Source: Antedon mediterranea (Eukaryota > Animalia > Echinodermata). From it: a stretch of DNA of 64,000 bases. Both the position numbers and the translations under genes were made by a program. Positions 52,309 through 64,000 of the stretch are shown piece after piece (position 1 is the stretch's first letter; each line of letters opens with the position of its first letter). The notes under the pieces were generated by a model that saw only the letters and a list, made by a program, of their open reading frames with translations, made no database searches and had not been told where the DNA came from. The DNA lies in the NCBI RefSeq assembly GCF_964355755.1, contig NC_092670.1, positions 16,354,795-16,418,794 on the forward strand, read 5' to 3'.

Positions 52309-52694
52309 TAGGCCCGTAGCCAGTGGGGGGGGGGGGGTTATGGTTCGGGCGAACCCCCCCCCCCCCCTTTTACAGCGAACCCCCTTAACCGACTGCGAAC
52401 CCCCTTAACCGACTGCGAACCCCCATCCCCGACATGCCCAATACCTCACCCTCATCTCCGAAAATCGTCCAAATACGTGCCCCACAGTACAAAAAGTTGT
52501 TCGTAAATTGAAAAATTCGTAAAATCGTTCGGAATAACTCATACAGTACCTTCTTCCCTGTTTATGAGCGTACTTCGAGCGATAGGCCTACGTGTCTGTA
52601 AATTTCTAAGAGTTGCAAATGAATTGCCGATTTTAACCTGACCCAAATACTTAGTGTCCGAACCCCAGCATGACAGATCCTGGCTACGGCCCTG
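52309..52694. mobile_element. Non-autonomous DNA transposon with 15-bp TIR and apparent 5-bp TSD
   Basis: GTGTT|TAGGCCCGTAGCCAG...CTGGCTACGGCCCTG|GTGTT; internal poly-G/poly-C and GCGAACCCCCTTAACCGACT repeats. Confidence 0.65.
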
Positions 52695-53207
52695 GTGTTA
52701 CACTGTAGGCGTTATATATGTAAGATTGATATATATTCAACCAAGATACATACAGTTAAAAGCATGCACTAATGAATAATGAATGTACAGTATTGTATGA
52801 AGCCTAATGGAACTCACAACACTGTAATTATTTAATTGACTTGTCACGTAGGCTTGCTTAGCAACAAGTCTCATCATCGAGTCAAATCTAATATCTGTTC
52901 GTTGATACTCTAATTACTAAATGGAATTCAAATTGCTGTAGATATATCACCAATTTTAATGAATATTACCTGTTCTTAATAAGAAAGTCTTAAGTAATTG
53001 AAATTTATGATGTCTGAACTCCTTGAAACTCAGTTGGTACTCTAAATGACTTGCAGATAAGAGCCTACAAAAGTCTACAAACAACATTTACATGTTTACG
53101 AGGTAAATCCATCAGTTCACACTGTAGATTCAATATTGTAGTGGATTGCAATAGTGATATATAACATTTTAAATTAATATTATTTTTAATTGCAGGTAGA
53201 TAGAAAT

Positions 53208-56200
53208 ATGCCAGCTTTGGTGGCATTCAACCGTCGCTGGGCAATAGGTAGTGATGATTTTGCATTGTCTGGTGTTGTTCCCCTTCTTATTCGACTTGTA
53301 TGGTAAGTACAATGTTGCCAATTATGTGCCTTGATCATGTTAGTCAGTGTGTATCTGATTGCTACATTGCACAGTGTCAACCCAACACAAGCTGGGGTAA
53401 TTTACATAGACAATGATCTATGCAGTTGACCCATCTGAATTAGGTTTAGCCTACCTTTGGTCCTCAGTAGGCCTAGGTCTATAGGCCCACCTTTGGTCCT
53501 TAATGTAGTTCTAAAACACATCTTTTTGGTCCACATGTACATGGAACCCCATCTTTTGGTCCCTATTCAAGTTTAAAACCCACTGTTGATCCTAATCTAA
53601 GCACCTTTTGATGCTTAAGAATAAGCCACCTTTTGGACATCAGAGATCAGACCATCTTTTGGTCATCAGAGATCAGACCATCTTTTGGTCCTCATGCATA
53701 AGCCCACCTACCTATCCAAACTCAGTACAATATTCACCAATCACTTTCCTATCTGTTTATTACTAGGTTCATAGTTGTTGCCGTCATCTTTACAGAACAC
53801 ATCGCAAGCCACAATCACTTTGAAAAATGCAATGCAGAAAGAATAACATACACTTATTTCTCTGGATTCTTTACAATTATGATTCTAACTATTATCTTTG
53901 AAATACTTATTATATACGTGAGCAGTCGAGGTACTATTATTGATACTCATCCACGCAGACACATTCCTCGTCTTTTATATTCTCGATTGTTTCTATACAT
54001 ATTCGAAATATTGCTGAGTATTCTTGGAATTGTGACAGTTTCTAGGAATTGGAATACAGACAAATTGAACTGTGATAATGATGTGATGTCATTGATGTTA
54101 GCGGTAGTTGTTCTAAGTTGGTCAGGACTACTTGTCAACCTTATCACTATATTTATTAAGTTTGATCCGTTGGGTCACATACGTGAAAAAGAAAAACGCA
54201 AACTGCATAAACGGTTGCGCAGGAAGTCTTCTGTGAGGTCTGTGTTCAATGTTGAAACACCAAAAGCATTATGGGAACGCCGGTAAGAAAATGAATGTTT
54301 TGTGTTATACTAATACTTTATTTATTTTTGTGTTCAGTTATAACCCCATCTCACAAGTTGAAGTGTGGACTGTGGACCAAAAGTCTGCCTTGAGCCTGCT
54401 AGAGTGGGTGAATACTGGTAATAATTAGTGTGGAGGATTGCCACCAAAATGATGGTTGAATTTATAAGAAATATTAAGAAAATTTACAATTATGATTTCA
54501 GGTGTCGTACAATGTGTTGTAATGAAAACGCTGGTGAAGCCTTTGCAGATGTCTCATCAATATTCGCACAAGTGTTTGAGGTGTGTAAATAACTTAATTG
54601 TTTAGTCCTTTTTGCAACTAGAGTTTTATTCCAATATCCCAATGTATATATTTATAAATGTCTGTATATTTTTTCTCCTCAGGAGCATGATGTGGTAGCT
54701 TCGGATATTTTAGCTGGTCTAACGTTAATCCGAAAAGAGCACAAACTGTTAAAAATGCAGGGCTGTATGCCGAAATCATCCCAGTCACATTTCCCAAAAC
54801 TTACAAAACCATCTCAGCTTGTTACTGACGTGCTCCCGCGAGCTGTTCACTACCTGCAATATGCAATTAGTTCATATGGATATCTTTTCTACCTTTTTGA
54901 TAACATTGCATGCGGAATTTGTAAATTATGCCGATATAAAGATTGTATATGTTGTTGCTATGAAGATGAAAATTGTGCAGGGTACAACACAGCTGTTGTC
55001 AAGGAGACGAATGGATTAACAGATGATGAAATTGTTTATATTACTTATCAAAATAAAGTAAGAGAATTACAAAATATTGATTTCAGATAGACAAACAGGA
55101 TTGTAGCCACCATGAATTTATTTATAGTGATATGACATCATCATGTCCATATATGGCCACATCACATTTTTTTGTCACATAAAGTTAGATGGTGTAGACA
55201 GAGCTTTAGATATTTGAACTTCTTGTCTTTCTAGATTTATGAAATACCATTTTTTGTAGCCGTGGATCACAAACATAAATCTATAGTCATATCTCTACGT
55301 GGAACATTGTCAGTTGAGGTAAGCAAACATGGACCAATTGGGATTTGAACCAAAGCATGGCTTTGTACCACTTTACCATCAAGCTAGGAATTTTTCATTT
55401 TTAAAGAGGTTGAAAAGATTTTGTACCATTTTACCATCGACCTAGGAATATTTAAAGAGGTGCAAAAAACACTATTTTGATTTGTGTTTTTTTAAATAAT
55501 GTAATATTTTAGTGTATGTTATAAAGCTGTTAATATGTTATTTTTCTTTCATAGGATGCACTGACAGATGCAAATGCAGATAGTGCCTTGATGATTGTTG
55601 ATAACCAAAGGATGTACGCTCATAAGGGCATTTTGATAGTCAGCCAAAATGTTAAAATAATATTAGACAGAGAGAAAATTATTGAGAAAGCCTATGAAAT
55701 AGCAGAGGTGAGGTATTATTAAACTTGCAAAACATGAGGGGTTGAAGGGGAGGAAATTATGGAAAAGAAAAGAGAAGGGAAAGCACCCAATACATAAATT
55801 GATCAACATTTTGGGAAAAGGGAGGTCATTGGAAGCAAATATCACTCCGCACTACCCCCTAAAATAATACCTTCTGAGTCAAAGTAGTTTGTTTGTATAT
55901 AGAGCAATGATTATGAACTAGTGGTAACAGGACACAGCCTTGGTGGGGGAGCTGCAGCTATCCTAACAATACTTCTCAAACCTGATTGGCCAGACATAAA
56001 ATGCTTCTCATTTGCATGCCCAGGAGGACTTGTCAGGTAAGGTGTGTGTGTGTGTGGGTACAATTTTTTTGTGTAAACATTGTTGATTTTGCTTTATATA
56101 TTTAGATGTTACAAAGTAGTGTACAGAATTTCTGATTTTATTGAACGAAGTAAATGCTGATGTTCAGTGACCCGTATTTAAAGTCTCAATATATAAAGTA

Positions 56201-58171
56201 AAACATTTGTGTATTTAAGTTAATATTTTTCCTTAAAAGGTATTCATAGATAGGAAGATTTTAAAAAGTGCCTAAAGCCTTGTCTACACTATCAAACTTT
56301 ATGCGACAAAAAAATGTGATGTGCCCATATATGGACATGATTATGTCATATCGCTACCATATTTGGGAATATCACTACCATATTTAGGCACATCAAACTT
56401 TTTTTATTAAACTAGTTTGATAGTGTAGACAGAGCTTAACAATGTAAAATCTTGCCTTTGTGTATATTTGACAAGAAGATGACAACTCTCACAAAAGTAG
56501 AATCATGAACAATAAATAAAGTAAAACATCTGTGTATTTAAGTCAATTATTATTTTTCCTTAAAAGGTATTCATAGATAGAAAGACTTTATAAAGTGCCT
56601 AACAATATAAAATCTTGTTTTTGTGTATATTTGACAAGAAGTTGACAACTCTCACAAAAGTGGAATAATGAATAAAGGCTACCTTTTGTTATCTTTGACC
56701 CCGCACTACATTATATTCTTCTTTCCAGTTCTGTAGCAGTGCAATATTCTAGGAGCTTTATCACCACAGTGATTCTGGGCAGTGATCTAATTTCAAGGTA
56801 CAAAACAATGATTAATTTAATATAATATTAATTAAGTACTGGTTCAAATAACCGTTTCACAGGGACATCTGGTAGCCATTGACTTGAAGTTGGCATTTGG
56901 ATGTGTTACTTTTAAATGTACAGTATGAGAGTGACCACTACCAAATTGCACAGTCATAAAACAACTTATAAAACAGTTCATATATACAGTTAAAACAGTG
57001 CTGGGTATTATCAATTTCTTTTTATAAATTTCTACTCAACTGGCCTAATATGTCAGTCTGATTTTCCAGAAAGTCTGGTATTCGAAATGTGTTATTAATG
57101 GTGAATAAATAAAAGAGTTTTCGGTTTTTAAAGAGTCCGGTATTGGGAGAGTAGACTGTAATATATATGGGCAATATTGTCACAAACTCATATTTTTTGT
57201 TTCTTTTTTGATAGAATGTCATTAGAGAGTTTAGAAGATATAAAAGGACAACTTATAAAGGCAGTGATGGAAACAGACCAATCAAAGGTAGTGTATGATG
57301 TTATAGCAGAATACTAACTTATAACATCTTTAAAAGTGTGAACTAAAATTGGGAATAATGTTTTCTTTCTCCAGTGCTCTCTGTTATCGCAGGGATGTTT
57401 GAGCGGTATGTGTGGAACGGACACATATGATACTTACGGATACGATGAGATGATGTTGACAGTAAATGACAACCAGAACTTGGAATGCCAGCCTAATGCA
57501 ACCTCATCATCGTACCAGCATCTATATGACTGCGATGACAACACCATTGATGAGACTACTGGCCTTACAGCTGTTGATGAGGGTGATAATGGGGAGGGCG
57601 ACAATAGGGAAGGTGACAATGATGAGGAAGATGGGGATCACGCCAAAAATAGACAATTGTTTTTACCAGGCCAGATTTTATGGATCAAAAAGATATCAGA
57701 GGGAATAGAAAGGTTAGTATTTTCAAAATAATAATTACTGTTTTTAAGAGAGTACATCTGGCGGCACATGGGTACAAAATAAAAATAAGGTGATTATACT
57801 TAAGCTCTGTCTACACTATCAACAAAATTAGATGTGCCCATATATGGACATAATGATGTTATATCATTTAAAATCACTACCATATTTGGGCACATTAAAA
57901 CCATATTTGGGCATATCACTACCATATTTGGACACATCACACAAGTTTGATAGTGTTGACAGAGTTAAGAAATTGAAATAATTTTCTATTGTCTTCTTCC
58001 AGAAACTCATGTTGTGGTAAACGACAGTATGTTGCTACATGGGCGAAACATGAAGACTTCTCATCTATCTTAGTCAAACCTAGCATGGTCACAGACCACG
58101 TACCTTACAACTTGATGAATGCAATTCATTTGATTATAAATGACAATCGTGAATCACATCAACAGGTCTGA
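53208..58171 (+). CDS. DAGLB: sn1-specific diacylglycerol lipase, beta-like; multi-exon, complete
   Basis: N-terminus MPALVAFNRRWAIGSDDF, N-terminal hydrophobic helices, VASDILAGL, AVDHKHKSIVISLRGTLS, nucleophile motif VTGHSLGGG, Asp in GSDLISR, His in MVTDHVP. No long DAGLA-type tail; the symbol is tentative (may be a lineage paralog). Confidence 0.85.
53445..53700. repeat. Degenerate tandem repeat of CCATCTTTTGGTCC-like units
   Basis: About 8 irregularly spaced copies in the first DAGL coding intron. Confidence 0.55.
56194..56672. repeat. ~160-bp tandem duplication; first copy interrupted by a family A MITE (56276-56436)
   Basis: TAAAGTAAAACAT...CCTTAAAAGGTATTCATAGATAG...GACAACTCTCACAAAAGT occurs twice. 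Confidence 0.85.
57803..57966. mobile_element. PIF/Harbinger MITE family A copy
   Basis: Family A termini and internal ACCATATTTGGGCA repeats. Confidence 0.75.
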
Positions 58172-58720
58172 TAAACTGGTTTTCATGCATTGAACAGTTT
58201 AGTATAGTTAGTATGTTATAACAAAAGGGTAGGAATAAGGTTATAACAGAGGTAAATTTAGCACAGGGCTAAAGAGATATGAAATACCTTGTAGTTTAAA
58301 AAAAGGCTGGGTTGTGCTTCTATTTTTTCTTTCATTAAACAATCATTATTATGAACATAAACAAATATATAATGCATTATGAGAAGGGCTAATTCATAAT
58401 TGAAAATGAAAGTGATGAATCAAGAAAAAAACTTTGTGGTTAATGGATTATATTAATACAATGGTGTTGCAAAATATAGGTTAGAGGAAGAAGTAAAAGT
58501 TGAATACATTCCAGAATAGTGTATAGTAGAACCACTTAATAACACATTATTGCTATATAAGCATTTCCTTCATTGCTTTTACCAAAGGATATGTGTATTC
58601 AATAATTTGAAGATAGGCCTAGTCAATTCAGTTCCTGGTCTGTGAACTAGGTTATGCATCACAGCAGCAATATTATAACTTGTAACTCGTGTGTAAATGG
58701 TAGGATGAATTCAAACTTTA

Positions 58721-58866
58721 AGCGCTGACTACTATCAAACTTTATGTAGTAAAAAATGTGATGGGCCCATATATGGACACGATGATGTCATATCTCGGCA
58801 TATCACCACCATATTTTGCCACATCACACTTCTTTATCAAACTAGTTTGATAGTGTAGACAGAGCT
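58721..58866. mobile_element. PIF/Harbinger MITE family A copy
   Basis: Family A termini; an extra right end at ~58975-59007. Confidence 0.75.
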
Positions 58867-59351
58867 TTAGAATAAACCAATTGTATGATGAATTAAGAAT
58901 GATTCTAATAAAATAAATCAGAAGTGGAAAGTGCCATTCTTTATATAATGAAGATACTGTCACCAGATGTTGTCACATCAAACTAGTTTGATAGTGTGGA
59001 CAGAGCTTTAGTCTACTTGATAGATGGCCGATCACTAGTTTCTCTCTTTTCGTTTAAACTAAAGTAGTGATGGCATGGCACTCGTTTCCTCACCTTATTG
59101 TAGAAAATGTTTTTATGTACATTGACAGTATATATGGTGATTTATGGTAAATTAATCTTTTGTAACAAAAATCAATACAGTTTAATGTATACATTTTGTA
59201 GAATATTTAATTGAGAGTCTTAAATAATGTCCTGTTAAAATACTTGTGAATAAAATTTTCAATTTTGAATTAAATGACCTTATTGTGTGTAGTGTAGAAA
59301 ACCATAGAAATCTTTAATTGTTGAAATGGAATCTTTATGCGTGGTGTGTTA

Positions 59352-59459
59352 AGCTCTGTCTACACCATAACAAAATGTGATGTGCCCATATATGGACACA
59401 ATCATGTCATATCACATTCCACTGTTTTGTCAGTGTAGTTTGATAGTATAGACAGAGCT
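59352..59459. mobile_element. PIF/Harbinger MITE family A copy (internally deleted)
   Basis: AGCTCTGTCTACAC...TAGACAGAGCT. Confidence 0.75.
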
Positions 59460-60816
59460 TAAAAGACAAATAGTAGAGCAATAAATTTAACAACAAACTG
59501 AGCCTCAACTCAATCACAGCTTCTCACTAATACTGACCAGATCACTCAACTGTGGATATGTACACATATGAAAAAAAAATAAGCCAAAATTATTTTACTG
59601 TAAAATATAATCTTTTAGAATAGTTATTTTTACTTAATTAATTACAAGTTGGTCTATTAATGTATCTAAGTACAGTCTTAATTTATTACATTTTATACTT
59701 GGTTCATAAATATATTAATATTATTGTTAATATAATAATGATATATATAAATGCATTATCAAATGTGTATATTAATTGTTAAAAGTGCAAGTTGTAAATA
59801 GATTTTAAGTCTATGGGGCTGCAGTTTTCCTCTCCAACTTTCTGAATTGTGGAACTGAAGTAACTTAGAGTGGACCTTGGCTAATTTATTTCCACCCTTC
59901 ATCAATATCCACTAGAACTACTGGAGATACATACTTATAAATATATTAAGTGTTGAATGGGAGATTTGTACAGTATGTGACTGCATGAGAATGACAATTA
60001 TCAAGGCTAGCCCACTATACCTACTGTACAATCATGGCTTTACTGTTTTGTCAATCAACTTTGCTATAATAGTTGAAACACATGAATTTATAATGCTGAT
60101 ATTTAAAAACCTAGAATTGTTTATTCTGCGTATGAATAAAAAATATATATATATTAATATAAATTTAAATATCAGAAAAATTTAGGGGGAATATGATTGG
60201 TATTTGATAGCAAATAACAAACCATTCAAGTATTATGTCCAAAAAAATATATTAACAATTAATAAGTATTCAGCTGATTTAAAAATGACCAATAACGTAT
60301 ATATATGCTAATTATCAGTAAAATATTAGTATTTATGAAATATGGTTATTACAATGATTTTTTTAAATATAAAAATAATTATATATTAAAATATTAAAAC
60401 ATTTAAATATATATACACAGTGAATTTTTACAAATATTTTCTTTATCCCATTAGTTACAAGCATCATATCAAATATAAATACATAACATTATATGTAGAT
60501 CTAAATTTCAACCATAGTGTGTTGACAAATCCTTTTCATATTTACAATTTAAGAAACATTGCTGCAGTAACTGCAGTAGATTTACTGTTGACATGAATGA
60601 TGATTTAATATTAGTTATTAAAAATAGTTCTTTCTCGAAGGCCCTGTTTCCACTGAAACACATCTTTATAATATAACACCAACAAAAACATATTCAACAA
60701 GTTGCACTGAATTTAAAAGCACCAAATACAAAGGAAATAATAATGATGATATATGATATATCATTACTTATAGCTTCATGATATCACCATCTACCACCTT
60801 TTTTGGTATAAAGATA

Positions 60817-63800
60817 TCACTGTTTTGTGACTGTGAAGATGTCATCATCTACCTCAGTGTTTGGCCCTTCTGGTATTGATTGAAAAACATTGTCATACGG
60901 TTGTTTGCTTTTAGTAACAGTACAAACAAGAACGACGAGAAAGATGACTATTAAAATTACTAGGCCAGCTATGATACCTATCCACCATGGCTCAACCAGA
61001 AACGAGTTGTCACTAGTGCTTGCAGCTGCCTCTGAATTTGGAGCTGAAAGATATTGAAAAACATTGAAATATAAATATAGTTGTATTAAAGGGTATTTTA
61101 TATTCTTACAAGCTCAGCCCTTGAACATGAAATATGATAAAATATATATATGACTCAGTAGTATAACAATAAAAAATCTCAAAGAGAGGGGATATTTTCA
61201 TATTCATTAAAACTTCTGTTTAAAAATCGATAAGAAGAGTTGATAATACATTTGTTTATGTGCAAGTGCATGTCTTTTTATCATGTTATGAGAGTGCAGT
61301 TAAAGAAACAGTATGTGTGTTCATCTGCACATGATTGAAGAAATTTAGTATAAAGGTTGAACCTTCTTTATCACACTAGTATTCAATATATAACTACTAT
61401 TAAAATATATTAGAAAACGTTATTTATAATAGGTTATTGTGTTATTTATTTGTAGTAAGATTTGAATTAAACGATAAATGGTTTACGTAATAGTCGTAAT
61501 TGTGTGCATCATTAGAAATATACTATGACTGTTAATTATTTAATTATTATTTAATATAGATTTATAGACGTGATGATGGCCAAGTTGCATGTATCATTCT
61601 CTGTACCTCTTATTAAGAGGTTTCATGAGCGCATTAGTTAATTTTCATCCCATTGAGCATTGAGCCACTCTTGTGGCTTACATTACCAAGTGATTCAACT
61701 GGTGAACACAGTGATAAACATCAGGGGCCTAAATGAACCAGAACACTGGGGTGACCTACTTATTTCAAAAGAGGAACTTAGGTTCTTTTAAGTGCACAGT
61801 AGCCCAAGAAGACTCGACTACATGAACCAATACACTGTTATGAATCTTCTACTCTCAAGAGTAAATTCTCTACACTAAACATTGAGCCCCTCCCTCAACT
61901 GCTTGACCAATACAAATCTATAAAAATTAGTTATCCACTTTGAATATCACCTGTATGCAGATTGTTAAGAATCATTAAGAATTAGCGTGAATCCAGATGC
62001 AGACATCTCTAAAGTGTGACTGGTTAGAGACTACTAGTTTACTTACATCAAAGAAAATCTGGTAAAAATCACTATATATCAACTATAAAAAATAATCACC
62101 AATTACTATTAGAAAAATCTTTAAGACAATAAAACACTCCAATTACTTGACCTTTGACATGAAGTTATCAATATTCATTATGTTGATTATTTCAATGTAG
62201 CATGTTAGGTTGTGTAGAAAATGAACTCATGTCTAATAGCAAGTATACACCACACCATATTGTTCTGGTTGCAGATCAAGTCAAATAAGGATCGTAAACC
62301 ATAGGCATAGAGTAATTGTATTATGTGCACTTCAAAGAACCCAAAACTAACAATTTCCTTGGGTATGTTGTGTAGCCTTTCCCAGAAGACTTAGACATTA
62401 GACAAACTGTGTAAAAACATTCACAAAACAGCAAAGCCCATATAAACCAAGAGTATTATGGGTAAAAACAATTTTACCTTCTATTACTAATATTTTGATT
62501 AAAAAACCAAAAACAAGCAAAAATGACAATAAACTTGAAAAATGAATGTAGAAAATGTTGAGTAAAATGTAGAGAAGCGGCACTTAATTAAGTGAGAGCT
62601 TTGGAAGGAATGTGTACTTACCAAATTGACAGTTAGTACCAGAGTAACCTGCTTCACATAGACACAGATAAGAGCCTACTTGATTCTGACATGTACCTGC
62701 AACCTCACAAGGATTACTAGAACACTCGTCAAAATCTGTCAAAAATAACAATGAAAATAAAAACGAATAATAATAACAAAATTGTGTACAGTAAAATTTG
62801 ATAAGTATTACTATCAGGTTATCTTACTGGGCTGGTTGCATAGTTATGGTAAATTTTGATAAATTTTACCAAATAGAGTCCAGAGCAATTTATCAAAATC
62901 ATTGACACATCAATACACATGCATATTGTTATTTTGCAGGGATGCCACCACGCTGGTCGGTGGTGGACGGGCCCCAAATAAATGAACATTTCATATATTG
63001 TGACGTGAAAAATACACAACCAATAAGAACTCAGGAATATTTGATTTGCGCGAACACATTTGCTAGTGGAAAACAGGCTTTACATAAACATAAAAAGAAA
63101 TAATCAACAAATACATCATTTGCAAAACTGTAATAAACAATGTTAAATCTCCCATATACAAAAATAAATTTATCTTACCAATTTCGCATCGATCTCCACT
63201 TATTCCTGGATAACAGCTGCAGATATACCCATTGGAAGAATCTATGCATACACCATTATTTCCACAGGGATTACTTAAACATTCATTAACATCTGGAAAA
63301 AAAAAATGATTTAACAAATTTATATTAAAAACCAGCCATCGGTAGCTTAAAAAATCCAATGTGGTTTATTCCTAGAAACACTAGGGGTGGTTACAGATGA
63401 AAAAAAATGTTTAGTCTTAGTTGTCAATTCCTTATACAATATTAGGTTATCTTTACCAATATACATGTTGGATATGTTTCTAAACTGAGTTAAAACTAGC
63501 TAAAGATTACTGGTAGCCGACTGGGCTACAAAAACCATACCTGTAGCACAATTTGCATCTGAATATCCTGGAGGACAAAAGCAAATGTATCCAGAATTTG
63601 AAAATGGTTGACATGTACCACCGTTTTGGCAAGGGGCTATGTCACAGTCGCTTTCAACAGCTAAAAACAAAATTTATAAAATGACGTCACTATTACAAAC
63701 AGAAAATGTAAAAAAGTATCTTGGCATGATACAGTACATTTTTTACTATAAAATACTTATGGTATTAATTAAATATGGGGTGAGGAAAAGGGGTGGAGGT

Positions 63801-64000
63801 AGTCGGGGTGGGGGAGGGAAGATCATAAACATCTATTTAGACAAATAGTCAATACAATTAAACATTTGATTGTAAATCAAAATGAAGGTAGGATAAAGAA
63901 GTAAACTTACGTTGTTCACATTGTGCACCTATATATTCTGCTGGACAGAAACACACAAAGCTATTTACTTGATCAATACAATTACCCCCATTCAAGCAAG
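60817..64000 (-). CDS. 3' end of an EGF-repeat (Notch/fibropellin-like) single-pass membrane protein gene
   Basis: Phase-1 one-EGF exons (e.g. [37 protein letters not shown] at 63179-63292; also ~62622-62736, 63541-63660 and 63911-64000). Last exon 60817-61043 encodes [24 protein letters not shown] and a short tail ending [10 protein letters not shown]. Confidence 0.8.

Overview
AT-rich, intron-rich animal genomic DNA. It is probably from a marine invertebrate deuterostome, possibly an echinoderm; this is inferred from composition and repeat families, not proven. Gene order: SMG1 (minus strand, 5' part only; kinase domain off the left edge), head-to-head with RINT1 (plus, complete, with a U12-type intron); two divergent intronless orphan ORFs (233 and 245 aa); ASPSCR1/TUG (plus, with an antisense 5'-truncated LINE in an intron); a 200-aa intronless orphan with four acidic YxxI (LIR-like) motifs; an SPSB3-like SPRY/SOCS-box gene; a DAGL-beta-like lipase; and the 3' end of an EGF-repeat single-pass membrane protein gene (minus). 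Non-coding DNA is dense in PIF/Harbinger, hAT-like and Tc1/pogo-like MITEs and tRNA-derived SINEs, and also holds a non-autonomous Helitron and a Penelope-type hammerhead-like fragment. No prokaryotic system or CRISPR array is present. All calls come from manual reading and translation with no database search, and repeat edges may be off by a few bases.
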